From a virus (lineage: Duplodnaviria > Caudoviricetes), in IMG/VR virus record IMGVR_UViG_3300033121_001938, positions 902 through 64,901 of that record: a DNA stretch of 64,000 bases; one strand, written 5' to 3'. Position 1 is the first letter of the stretch. The number at the start of each line of letters is the position of its first letter. Both the position numbers and the translations under genes were made by a program. Positions 19,570 through 28,063 of the stretch are shown here, one piece after another. The notes beneath the pieces are model-generated. The model had not been told where the DNA came from and did not search any database. It saw nothing but the letters and a program-made list of their open reading frames with translations.

Positions 19570-19989
19570 TTATTCTAATTCTACTGATTGTTTTGCTCTT
19601 AATTCGTCATATTCTTTTTTAGTAATCGTAACTGTTTCTTCTATATTAAGTAATTCACTCACCATACTTTTAGATAAAGAATTTGGTAAATCACTTAATT
19701 CATCTTCAATGTCGCCAAATATTTCAGAATCTTTATATATTAAAAATTCTTCTCCTTTTAACATTATTTTTTGTCCCCCAAAAGAAGGAAATGCTACTTT
19801 TTTACCTACTTTTGCAGTCATAGGAATTAATTTTCCCATTAAGTCAAATACACCAGGTCCTACTGCTATTACTTTTCCAATTAATGGTTTTTCTTTACCT
19901 GCATCAGGAACAATAATATTCCCATACATTTTTTCTGTTTCATCTTCTTGTTTAATGAAGACTTGATTGTGATACGGATTAAATTTCAT
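19570..19989 (-). CDS. groES: Co-chaperonin GroES with C-terminal extension
   Basis: GNIIVPDAGKEKP...GKVIAVGPG; adjacent to groEL. Confidence 0.9.
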   Translation of the reverse strand: MKFNPYHNQVFIKQEDETEKMYGNIIVPDAGKEKPLIGKVIAVGPGVFDLMGKLIPMTAKVGKKVAFPSFGGQKIMLKGEEFLIYKDSEIFGDIEDELSDLPNSLSKSMVSELLNIEETVTITKKEYDELRAKQSVELE

Positions 19990-20008
19990 ATTTTATTCTT
20001 TTATTCTT

Positions 20009-20737
20009 TTATTCTTTTCCAACTAATGTGTAAGATGATTTAACTCCTTCTTCGGTTTCAAATTCAATTTTTAATAAACCATCTTCATTTATTTTTAATA
20101 TACCTGATGTAAATTCTTTATTTACTGATAAAATTTCTGAAAATTCTGTAATAGGAAATTTAACTACAATTCCAGGTAATATATTTGCTTGCGTAGTTAA
20201 TAATGTAAAACTAGCTTTATTTGTATAACCATCAGTTCCTCCTATTGTGAATTTAATTACATCTTTTTTATCAATATCTTTTACTATTTCAACTGTAAAT
20301 ACTTCAGTATCTAATGCTTTTTTAGCTTTTAAAAATTTATTAATAAATTCATTATCAACATTTGCTATAATATTATAATCAGGTTCTTCAATTTGAGGAA
20401 TATTTGGGGTTAACATTATATCAGCTAAAATATACTCTAAATTATATTCATTATCTGCTATAAATAATTTAGTAAATATTTTACCATTTTTTTCTATATC
20501 TAAAATAAGAGAATTATCAGTAATTCCTATTAATTTAAGTAATTGAGAAGTATCATAAATTCCAAATTCACAATTCTTTAATTCAAAATTTGGTGCTTCA
20601 ACACTACCAACTAAGTTTTTATTAACAGAAAGGAATGTAGTAGTTAATATTTTTTTATCAACTTTAATTTTGATACGTTCTACTAAACCTCCTAAATGGT
20701 ATTTTTCAATTATGTCTTCTAAATATGATTTATCCAT
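20009..20737 (-). CDS. Sliding clamp (T4 gp45-like)
   Basis: Size, position next to PolB and clamp loader, and the FGIYDTSQLL pattern. Confidence 0.6.
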   Translation of the reverse strand: MDKSYLEDIIEKYHLGGLVERIKIKVDKKILTTTFLSVNKNLVGSVEAPNFELKNCEFGIYDTSQLLKLIGITDNSLILDIEKNGKIFTKLFIADNEYNLEYILADIMLTPNIPQIEEPDYNIIANVDNEFINKFLKAKKALDTEVFTVEIVKDIDKKDVIKFTIGGTDGYTNKASFTLLTTQANILPGIVVKFPITEFSEILSVNKEFTSGILKINEDGLLKIEFETEEGVKSSYTLVGKE

Positions 20738-20752
20738 AACTTTATTATTTAT

Positions 20753-20784
20753 TGAATATACGATGTTATTTTATAATATCCAAA
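20753..20784 (-). promoter_or_regulatory. Bacteroidota-type promoter upstream of the clamp gene
   Basis: TTTG-N20-TATATTCA. Confidence 0.7.
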
Positions 20785-23367
20785 TTAAAATTTAAAGAAT
20801 TTATTTATTTTAGCATTGAGCACAGGAAAATCTTTTCCCCATCCTATATCATCATAAACACCTGTTAATTTATTTAATAATACTGAATTAAATGCTGTTT
20901 CTCTATCAACATATTTATCTATAAATTCAATAATAAATTCAGGATCATCATAACCATTTAAACCAATTACTTCAATATTATAGGGATTTGGTTTTAAATT
21001 AACATATTTCATTTTATCCCCTTCAGTAAATAAATTATATTTCTTTTCTAATTTTTTAAATTTAATTAGATCGTTATATATTATTGCTGCTTTTGTATTT
21101 ATAGGAGCTTTACTTCTAAATTCACTAAATATTTCTCCAGGTGAAGGACGTTTAGCAATATAAGATTTAATTTGTTTAACTCCTGTTGGTTTAGCTAATT
21201 CTCCCCAAGGTAAACTTTCTAATGAAGATCTAAAATTAACAATTTTTTTGTCTATTTCAGATTTAGGTTTACCAACCATTATTTCAGTTAATAGTTCTTT
21301 ACCAAACTTCTTATATAAAGGAGGCATATTTGATTTCATCAAATCTAATCCTACCATTTCCATTTGTTCTACCGCTACACCTTCTTTATTTACAATTAAC
21401 ATAGCATAACGACGTTTACCAGCAAAATATCCTCTTTCTAATACAACTTCTTGTTTTAATTCAAAATGATGTTCTCTATTTTTTAAATTAAATGCCTTAG
21501 TAGCAAATTCAGATATAAATTTATTTGAAGCAGTTTGAATTTCATTAGCTAATTCTAAAATACATTTAATGCATTCTTCTTTATTATGAATATCTATACC
21601 TTTTTGTATTAATAAATCTTTTACATGAATAAACAATGAATCAGTATCTGCAGTTATAACATAATCTATATCTTTAGTTTTTAATTTTTTATTTATCCAT
21701 TTATTTACAAATATAATTGCTTCTTGATCTAAACGTTGACCAGTTAAAGTAATAGCAGATGAAATCATTTTATGTCCATCTGTATATCTCCATCCATTAA
21801 TTGCATAACATCCATAAACGTCGTTTAATTTAATTTTATAAGCATGTTGTAATCTATTATAAAATTCACCCTTTATTTTATCACCTTTTTTATATGCTTC
21901 CTTCATTAATTTTTTATACTGAGTGCGTTTATTAAACCAATCTGATAATACTTCACAAACTACAGATGATTTATCTGTTCTAAATATTGCACCTGATGCT
22001 GCTACTATCCAATTATTATCTTCTATTAATTTAATTATTTTACCTATTTTAACTTGGGTTTTTGATGTTGTAAAATTTTCATTTAGTTTTTCAATAGAAA
22101 TATATTCATTAGGATCCATTTTTAATAATTCAGAATAAGTCCAATGATCATCATATTTTCCATCATTAATAATTCTTCCTACTAATGTTTCTATTCCTAT
22201 ATTTAATGAACGAATTATTGAGGGGTATAGTGAAGTAAAATCAAGATCAATTATCCATTCGTATAATCCAGGAACTGGGTCTTTTAAATAACCACCAGCA
22301 TAATCATCATTATTAGTATCCTTTAATAAAGGATTTATTGTTGTTGGTTTATTTGGTGAAACTATACCTCTACGTTTAAGATAAGTTAATATAGCTCCAT
22401 CATTTAAAACAGTTGATAAATATATTCTTTCATATGGAGTATGACATAAATGACAAATATTAATTGTCAAATCAATAAATTTAAATTTATCTTCTAATAA
22501 AATAATAATTTCAACGTCACGTAAATTATATCTTATAAATTTATTTAAATCATCCTTAAATAATTTATCTAAACTTCCATCATATTCAATTTTATTTAAA
22601 TTAAGATATTTTTCTCCTATATCATTTAATTTATAAGATGGTTCTTGTTTTGGAAAGAATTTTTTAACCAAAAGCATATAGTCAAGATGATTAATTCCTC
22701 CTATTTCTACAGGACTTGTTTTATTCCATTCTGTAATATTAATTTTTCGTATCGGAGATAAACGAATAGCATATTCTTCTCCTAATATATTTAATATTCT
22801 ATAATAAAGATAAGGAATATCAAAAAATCCACTATTCCATCCTGTTATAATGGTTGGGTCTATTTCTTCCCAAATATCAAGAAATTTTAAAATTAATTCT
22901 TTTTCATCTAAACAAGGAATAATTCGTTCATTAACTGTTTCTTTATACTCTAATTTTTTTTCTTCATCTAATATTAAACAAGTATACATTTTTAATTTAG
23001 CATCATACAATGAAATTGAAGTTATTTTCATTGGAGCTGCTTTAATATATTCTGGAGTAAGAGTCCCACCAATAACACATTCTATGTCTATACAAGCAAT
23101 GTTATGATTTTTAGGAGCATCATCACTATCTTTATATAAATCAATTAATACACGAGTACATTGATCGATATCCTTTTCATATAATGAAAAATCATTCCAA
23201 TCATACTTTTTTATAGCATTAGCATATTTACCATCTAATGTAGGAAATTCTCCATTAGGGTTAATTCTATATAATTCAGGAATATATTTAAAATCCAACC
23301 ATCCTTTTTCATCATCCCTTAAAAAGTAGGTATAGGATTTTCTATCATAATATATCGATTGATACAT
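20785..23367 (-). CDS. Family B DNA polymerase (T4 gp43-like)
   Basis: DIE exonuclease I, GWNSGFFD, YNLRD, DFTSLYPS, KIKLNDVYG and ADTDS. Confidence 0.97.
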   Translation of the reverse strand: MYQSIYYDRKSYTYFLRDDEKGWLDFKYIPELYRINPNGEFPTLDGKYANAIKKYDWNDFSLYEKDIDQCTRVLIDLYKDSDDAPKNHNIACIDIECVIGGTLTPEYIKAAPMKITSISLYDAKLKMYTCLILDEEKKLEYKETVNERIIPCLDEKELILKFLDIWEEIDPTIITGWNSGFFDIPYLYYRILNILGEEYAIRLSPIRKINITEWNKTSPVEIGGINHLDYMLLVKKFFPKQEPSYKLNDIGEKYLNLNKIEYDGSLDKLFKDDLNKFIRYNLRDVEIIILLEDKFKFIDLTINICHLCHTPYERIYLSTVLNDGAILTYLKRRGIVSPNKPTTINPLLKDTNNDDYAGGYLKDPVPGLYEWIIDLDFTSLYPSIIRSLNIGIETLVGRIINDGKYDDHWTYSELLKMDPNEYISIEKLNENFTTSKTQVKIGKIIKLIEDNNWIVAASGAIFRTDKSSVVCEVLSDWFNKRTQYKKLMKEAYKKGDKIKGEFYNRLQHAYKIKLNDVYGCYAINGWRYTDGHKMISSAITLTGQRLDQEAIIFVNKWINKKLKTKDIDYVITADTDSLFIHVKDLLIQKGIDIHNKEECIKCILELANEIQTASNKFISEFATKAFNLKNREHHFELKQEVVLERGYFAGKRRYAMLIVNKEGVAVEQMEMVGLDLMKSNMPPLYKKFGKELLTEIMVGKPKSEIDKKIVNFRSSLESLPWGELAKPTGVKQIKSYIAKRPSPGEIFSEFRSKAPINTKAAIIYNDLIKFKKLEKKYNLFTEGDKMKYVNLKPNPYNIEVIGLNGYDDPEFIIEFIDKYVDRETAFNSVLLNKLTGVYDDIGWGKDFPVLNAKINKFFKF

Positions 23368-23370
23368 TAA

Positions 23371-23916
23371 TTATTTATTTTGTCTTTGTTTATCATTTTG
23401 CCACTGACCATTATATAATTCAGCAGGTTCACATTCATAAAAATAAATTTGAGCAACACGAGCATTTTCTTCTATGAATATTGTTCTTGTTACTATCATT
23501 ATTGTTCCCAGAAATTCTGTTTCAAAACCAGGATCAAACACAGGGCTATTTATTACAGCCCCATTACGATAAAGTGAAGAACGTTGTTTAATAAAAGCAA
23601 CTCTATTATTAGGTAATTTACAACCCTCATTGAATGTTATATCATATGTATTAGGATATAATAACCAACCATTTATCCCGTCTAAATTCTGAATAGGATA
23701 TGGTTGATAAGTTGTAAGTTTAGTTTTATCTTTTAATACTCTTCCTATTTCTACTTCACTTGATACAAATCCTCCTACCTCAGAATGATCTATTTTACGT
23801 TCACCTACAATATTTACTTGTTTAAGAGATAAGTCGTATCCTACTTGAGCAGGTTTACCATGTGAATGTTCTAATTTAAGTAATTCTTCGTTTAAAATTT
23901 GTTTTGCGTTTAACAT
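23371..23916 (-). CDS. Trimeric dUTPase/dCTP deaminase family protein
   Basis: GYDL, QRSSLYRNG, FDPGF and RVAQI. Confidence 0.85.
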   Translation of the reverse strand: MLNAKQILNEELLKLEHSHGKPAQVGYDLSLKQVNIVGERKIDHSEVGGFVSSEVEIGRVLKDKTKLTTYQPYPIQNLDGINGWLLYPNTYDITFNEGCKLPNNRVAFIKQRSSLYRNGAVINSPVFDPGFETEFLGTIMIVTRTIFIEENARVAQIYFYECEPAELYNGQWQNDKQRQNK

Positions 23917-23922
23917 ATTATA

Positions 23923-24660
23923 TCATTTATATCCTTCCATATTTAATTTAATCATTTCAAGTACTTCAGTTTTTGCTGTCTTAGTGTGATCAGCAAATAC
24001 ACCTGAGGGATGTGCAGTTACCATTGAAGCACCTATATGTTTTACTCCTCTACAACCAACACAATTATGATAAGAATGTATCATAACATAAACTCCTTGA
24101 TTTCCTTCAACCACTTTATCTACTGCATTATGTATCGCCATTGTAAGTTGTTCCTGGATAGCGCCTCTACGAGCAAAATGTTCTACAATTCGATTTAATT
24201 TAGATAAACCAATTACTTGTTTATTTTCACCTGGAATATATGCAATGTGAGCTTTACCTAAGATAGCTTGATGGTGATGAGAACACATACTAATTATTGG
24301 AATATCTCTTTCTAAAACAATACCAGCATATTCATCTGATGGAAATGATGTAATATCTGTTGGTAAATTATATCTACCTTCCCATAAGTCATTTACATAA
24401 GCCTTAGATACACGATAAGGTGTTTCCATACTATTAGGATCCTCTTGCCAATTAACTCCTAATGCTCTTAAAAACTCACCATATGCTTTAGCAGCATTTT
24501 TAATTATTTCTTCTTTTTCTTCTTTATTTAATGAACGATGTTCACCTTTAGCTATTAAACCAGCTAATTGAATTGACATTCCATTTGCAAAACCTTTTTC
24601 AGCTAATTCTAGTTCCTCAGATCCTGTAATTTTTCTTCTTTTATTCTCCATATTATTCAA
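23923..24660 (-). CDS. folE: GTP cyclohydrolase I
   Basis: TPYRV, SMCSHH, IGLSKLNRIV, IQEQL and HNCVGCRG. Confidence 0.95.
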   Translation of the reverse strand: MNNMENKRRKITGSEELELAEKGFANGMSIQLAGLIAKGEHRSLNKEEKEEIIKNAAKAYGEFLRALGVNWQEDPNSMETPYRVSKAYVNDLWEGRYNLPTDITSFPSDEYAGIVLERDIPIISMCSHHHQAILGKAHIAYIPGENKQVIGLSKLNRIVEHFARRGAIQEQLTMAIHNAVDKVVEGNQGVYVMIHSYHNCVGCRGVKHIGASMVTAHPSGVFADHTKTAKTEVLEMIKLNMEGYK

Positions 24661-24976
24661 GGTGTTTTAGTGCATTTTCAAAATATTGGATTGCATTATT
24701 ATAATTTTCTTCAGATTCGTCTTCCAACCAAATATCTTGTTTAAAAATAGATTTGTCAAATTTAGGAGCAGAAATAAAAAACCCAGCAACATTATCTTTC
24801 ATTCCATATTCTAATTCAATTTCAACTCCTTTCTCCTTACCCATTTCAATAAATTTCAAACCTATTTTAGGATATTGTTTTAATGTATTATATTTATAAT
24901 CCATTTTAATATATTCTAAATAAGCATTAGCCATATCCTTAACACTACTTAATTTAATTTCTTTCATATTATACAT
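24653..24976 (-). CDS. hypothetical protein
   Basis: Packed between queE and folE. Confidence 0.55.
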   Translation of the reverse strand: MYNMKEIKLSSVKDMANAYLEYIKMDYKYNTLKQYPKIGLKFIEMGKEKGVEIELEYGMKDNVAGFFISAPKFDKSIFKQDIWLEDESEENYNNAIQYFENALKHLE

Positions 24977-25802
24977 TTAATGTTTTATTCCAAGCAGCAA
25001 TATGTAATCTTGTCAACCCTCTAAAACGATATTTTTTAGCCATTTCTAAACAGAAACGAGTACGTTCTTCAAAATCGGAAGCATCATCTAATCCAGGCAT
25101 GCAAACAATATTTTTTAAAGGTATTTTGAATGGTTCCACAAAATCTCTAAATATTTCCTTTACATCATCCTCTGTACTAATAACAAATTTAAATTGATAA
25201 TTTGGATGTTCCATTATACGCTTAATAGCTTCTGGAACTATACGTTTATTTTCTTCTTGACCTGAGTTGTTTAATTTAGGGGAACAGTTAATTTGATCTA
25301 AAATCCAAAATAATTCATCTTCTATATAAATTGTACCATTCGTTTCTATTTCATAATACGGTAAAACCACTGATTCTTCTCTATCTATCCAATGATTGGT
25401 AAAATTAACAATTGCTTCTTGATGACCTTTTATTGTTGGTTCACCGCCTGTCCATATAATATGAATATTGCCATTTTTGATATCATCGTAGATGTCTTGT
25501 TCTTTCCAACGATCAATTAAGTATTGGAATTCTTTATCCTCACCTCTCCATGCCCACTGCGAGAGAGAATCACATGTCCATGTTGCCTTACCTTCAGCGT
25601 GTAAATCACCTACTATTATTTCACCATCTTCTAGTAGTTTTTCTTTAACTATCTGATTCATGTGTTTTCTAGATAATCCACAGCTTAGATTGCATATTCC
25701 TAATCTTACAAAGTAAGAGGGTACACCTGTACTAATCCCTTCCCCTTGCACGCTATAAAAGTCTGAAGATAGTAATAAACGGTCTGGTCTAATTGTTGAC
25801 AT
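24969..25802 (-). CDS. queE: 7-carboxy-7-deazaguanine synthase (radical SAM)
   Basis: FYSVQGEG, FVRLGICNLSC...TWTCD, TGGEP, IETNG, CSPK and RLHI. Confidence 0.93.
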   Translation of the reverse strand: MSTIRPDRLLLSSDFYSVQGEGISTGVPSYFVRLGICNLSCGLSRKHMNQIVKEKLLEDGEIIVGDLHAEGKATWTCDSLSQWAWRGEDKEFQYLIDRWKEQDIYDDIKNGNIHIIWTGGEPTIKGHQEAIVNFTNHWIDREESVVLPYYEIETNGTIYIEDELFWILDQINCSPKLNNSGQEENKRIVPEAIKRIMEHPNYQFKFVISTEDDVKEIFRDFVEPFKIPLKNIVCMPGLDDASDFEERTRFCLEMAKKYRFRGLTRLHIAAWNKTLNV

Positions 25803-25804
25803 AT

Positions 25805-26491
25805 TTACTTTAATTTATTATTTGTGAAATCATAATTATTATCATTTAAATCTTCTTTCTTCTTCCACATAAAGCCACCTGCTGTTTTGGTTTTTCCTCT
25901 TAATGCTTCAGTCATCTTAATGCCTGTTATTTTTTTAGCTTCAATATACGAAGGATATTCGGCCACCAAAAATCCTTCTAAATTAAATTGCATTATTGGT
26001 TTTTTTAGTTTGTTATTTCTTTCTGGGGTGAATATTGAGTCTATTCTTATTCCTTTTTTGCTTTGGCTTATTTTTTGCCCTGTTTCTTTAGAAATAGTTC
26101 TTTTATTGCGTGATATTTTCATTTTTAATTTAGATTCTTCAGAAAATATTCTACCTTTATTAGATACAGACATTTTACGTTTTGTTTCTTCACTTCTAAA
26201 ACCACCTTTACCATCTTTTAATTGACAGAATAACATATTTTCCCAACCTAATAAATCAATATAATATTGTTTCCAATATAATTCACGCTCATCTAGTTCT
26301 TTAATATTACATTCTTCAATAATCTCAAATATATGGTTATCATAACCGTATTTTAAAATAGATCTAGATATTTTAGGTTGATTGTGGTTAACCCAATCTT
26401 TATACTTTTTCCATCTTTGTTCTATATTAGTAGATTGTCCAATATATACTCTATTAGTCGGGCTTGTTATTTTATAAATTCCTGTTTTCAT
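25805..26491 (-). mobile_element. Free-standing GIY-YIG homing endonuclease (NUMOD3 + NUMOD1-like)
   Basis: MKTGIYKITSP...VYIGQS, ERELYW, SEETKRKMS and KTKTAGGFMWK; start moved to 26491. Confidence 0.9.
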
Positions 26492-26494
26492 ATA

Positions 26495-26535
26495 GTCGCA
26501 TTTCCAATAAATATATGAAAATTTGGAAAAGCGAC
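26495..26535 (-). promoter_or_regulatory. Stem-loop covering the endonuclease translation start, with the ATATTTAT motif in its loop
   Basis: GTCGCTTTTCCAA / TTGGAAATGCGAC pair at 12 of 13 positions around a 15-nt loop; the 3' arm ends 3 nt before the ATG. Confidence 0.7.
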
Positions 26536-26554
26536 GATAATTCAATAGAAGTTA

Positions 26555-26704
26555 CTATTTGTCATTCAACTGTTGAATAACGTCTTGAATACTTCTCATC
26601 CAAGCACCCATAATATCCCTGCCAAAGAGTATATTACATATTGACATATCAGCGTCCCAAATTTCTTTAGGTACTTCAACCTTAATGATTCTTTTATTTT
26701 TCAT
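26555..26704 (-). CDS. small hypothetical protein (49 aa)
   Basis: Manual translation MKNKRIIKVEVPKEIWD...QLNDK; overlaps the 3' end of the upstream ORF. Confidence 0.45.
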   Translation of the reverse strand: MKNKRIIKVEVPKEIWDADMSICNILFGRDIMGAWMRSIQDVIQQLNDK

Positions 26705-26900
26705 GTTCTTTATTTATTTTACCTAAGTAATACATGCTAGTTAATATTTTTGGTATATCATCCATATCACTACTATAAAATAATTCTTCTGCTAACATGT
26801 TGATTGTTTCTATTTCTAAACCAACTAATTGAGTTTGTCCATCAAAAGAATTGTAGATTTCATAATATCTTTTTGCAATTGTTTCTAAATCATTGTTCAT
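26694..26900 (-). CDS. hypothetical protein
   Basis: Packed ORF. Confidence 0.5.
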   Translation of the reverse strand: MNNDLETIAKRYYEIYNSFDGQTQLVGLEIETINMLAEELFYSSDMDDIPKILTSMYYLGKINKEHEK

Positions 26901-27172
26901 AACTTTATTTTTCTTTCTAGTGTAATTGGTTTTTGAGAAACGATTATATTCTTTTTTATACCTTCAAAAATTGCAATATCATCATAAGGACCTATGATAT
27001 ACAACATTTCAGTTTTATCTTTATTTAATTCTACAGTCAAAGTCTGATCAGGATGATGTGAGTCATAGAATATATTAATACCATCAACTTCACCTAATTT
27101 AATAACACCTTCCCACTTCTTATCAGGTTTGATAAATTCTGGTCCTTTACAATCATACTTACTGTCTATCAT
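26897..27172 (-). CDS. hypothetical protein
   Basis: Packed ORF. Confidence 0.5.
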   Translation of the reverse strand: MIDSKYDCKGPEFIKPDKKWEGVIKLGEVDGINIFYDSHHPDQTLTVELNKDKTEMLYIIGPYDDIAIFEGIKKNIIVSQKPITLERKIKL

Positions 27173-27186
27173 ATTTATTTTATTTG

Positions 27187-27263
27187 AAACCGTGGCTGAA
27201 CTTGAATCGTTGTCGACCTCCTTCCCTTGTCGGAAGTTGTGCTACTTTTACACCACACGGTTT
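27187..27263 (-). tRNA. Degenerate tRNA-like element (possibly decayed tRNA-Val GAC)
   Basis: Acceptor stem AAACCGTG/CACGGTTT, D-arm GTGT-AAAAGTA-GCAC, CTTCC-GACAAG-GGAAG arm with a 6-nt loop, and TTCAAGT T-loop with a broken T-stem. Confidence 0.45.
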
Positions 27264-27269
27264 AGTTTA

Positions 27270-27335
27270 TTATTTATCTTGTACACTATAAAAATCACTT
27301 GATATTAATAATTTATTTGGATCTATTTTACTCAT
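27270..27335 (-). pseudogene. Stranded 5' remnant of queE (21 codons)
   Basis: MSKIDPNKLLISSDFYSVQDK* versus the intact queE start MSTIRPDRLLLSSDFYSVQGE (14/19 identical); ATGA-coupled to the upstream ORF. Confidence 0.85.
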
Positions 27336-27625
27336 AATTCTATATCGTTTTCTTCAGCTTGGTTATTTTGTCTTTGTTCTTCAAAATATTGATCTATTTG
27401 ATCACTCCATGGTTGATTTAATTCATCCAATTTATCTGCTATTTCTCTTAATATATAACTTGCCCAACAACCCCACCAATTATCTTTTAAAGGCCAGAAA
27501 TAGAAAAATCCATCATCATCAACTATAAAATCACCAATATATTTACCATTCTCACCCCAAAATACTTTTAGATGGGTTTTAGTTATTTCTTCTAATGTAA
27601 GATAATATTGAAAATATTTTATCAT
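27332..27625 (-). CDS. hypothetical protein
   Basis: Packed ORF. Confidence 0.55.
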   Translation of the reverse strand: MIKYFQYYLTLEEITKTHLKVFWGENGKYIGDFIVDDDGFFYFWPLKDNWWGCWASYILREIADKLDELNQPWSDQIDQYFEEQRQNNQAEENDIEL

Positions 27626-27840
27626 ACCTTTTCTTTGAATTTAGAACGACGTACTGCTTTTTTAGTTAATTTCTGTTTCTTTTCAACTTTTTCTTCTACA
27701 GAAATAGTAGGTGTCACTCTTGTTACTGCTTTCCATTCCGATTTTGGAACGTAAGACCAAGTTGAACCTACTTTACGTTGTGCTACAATATCTTCTACTC
27801 TACGTACTTCGTTTGTTTTGTTGTTTTTAATACACTTCAT
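27622..27840 (-). CDS. small basic hypothetical protein
   Basis: MKCIK...WSYVPKSEWK. Confidence 0.6.
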   Translation of the reverse strand: MKCIKNNKTNEVRRVEDIVAQRKVGSTWSYVPKSEWKAVTRVTPTISVEEKVEKKQKLTKKAVRRSKFKEKV

Positions 27841-27858
27841 AGGTTAATCCTCCATGTT

Positions 27859-27990
27859 TTAATGTTTAAATAATAGTTTTCTTATATAGATTAATATATT
27901 TTGAATGTTTTGACTTTCAACAAATAAAGACATAAAACTAAAATGTCCATCACCACATAAACCTAATGCATGTTGGATTGATTCTATCAT
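27859..27990 (-). CDS. small hypothetical protein (43 aa)
   Basis: Manual translation MIESIQHALGLCGDGHFSF...LLFKH. Confidence 0.45.
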   Translation of the reverse strand: MIESIQHALGLCGDGHFSFMSLFVESQNIQNILIYIRKLLFKH

Positions 27991-28007
27991 AACTTTTATT
28001 TTTAAAA

Positions 28008-28040
28008 AACCAATTTAATCTTACGGGATTAGAATTGGTT
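28008..28040 (-). terminator. Intrinsic terminator after queC
   Basis: AACCAATT(C)TAATC-CCGTAA-GATTA-AATTGGTT hairpin followed by a T run. Confidence 0.65.
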
Positions 28041-28063
28041 GTATTGGTGTTTTCATATGTAAA

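Noticed and set aside
25802-27335. Group I intron splitting queE
   Set aside because: The downstream queE has its own complete N-terminus, so splicing is unnecessary; no intron core was recognised
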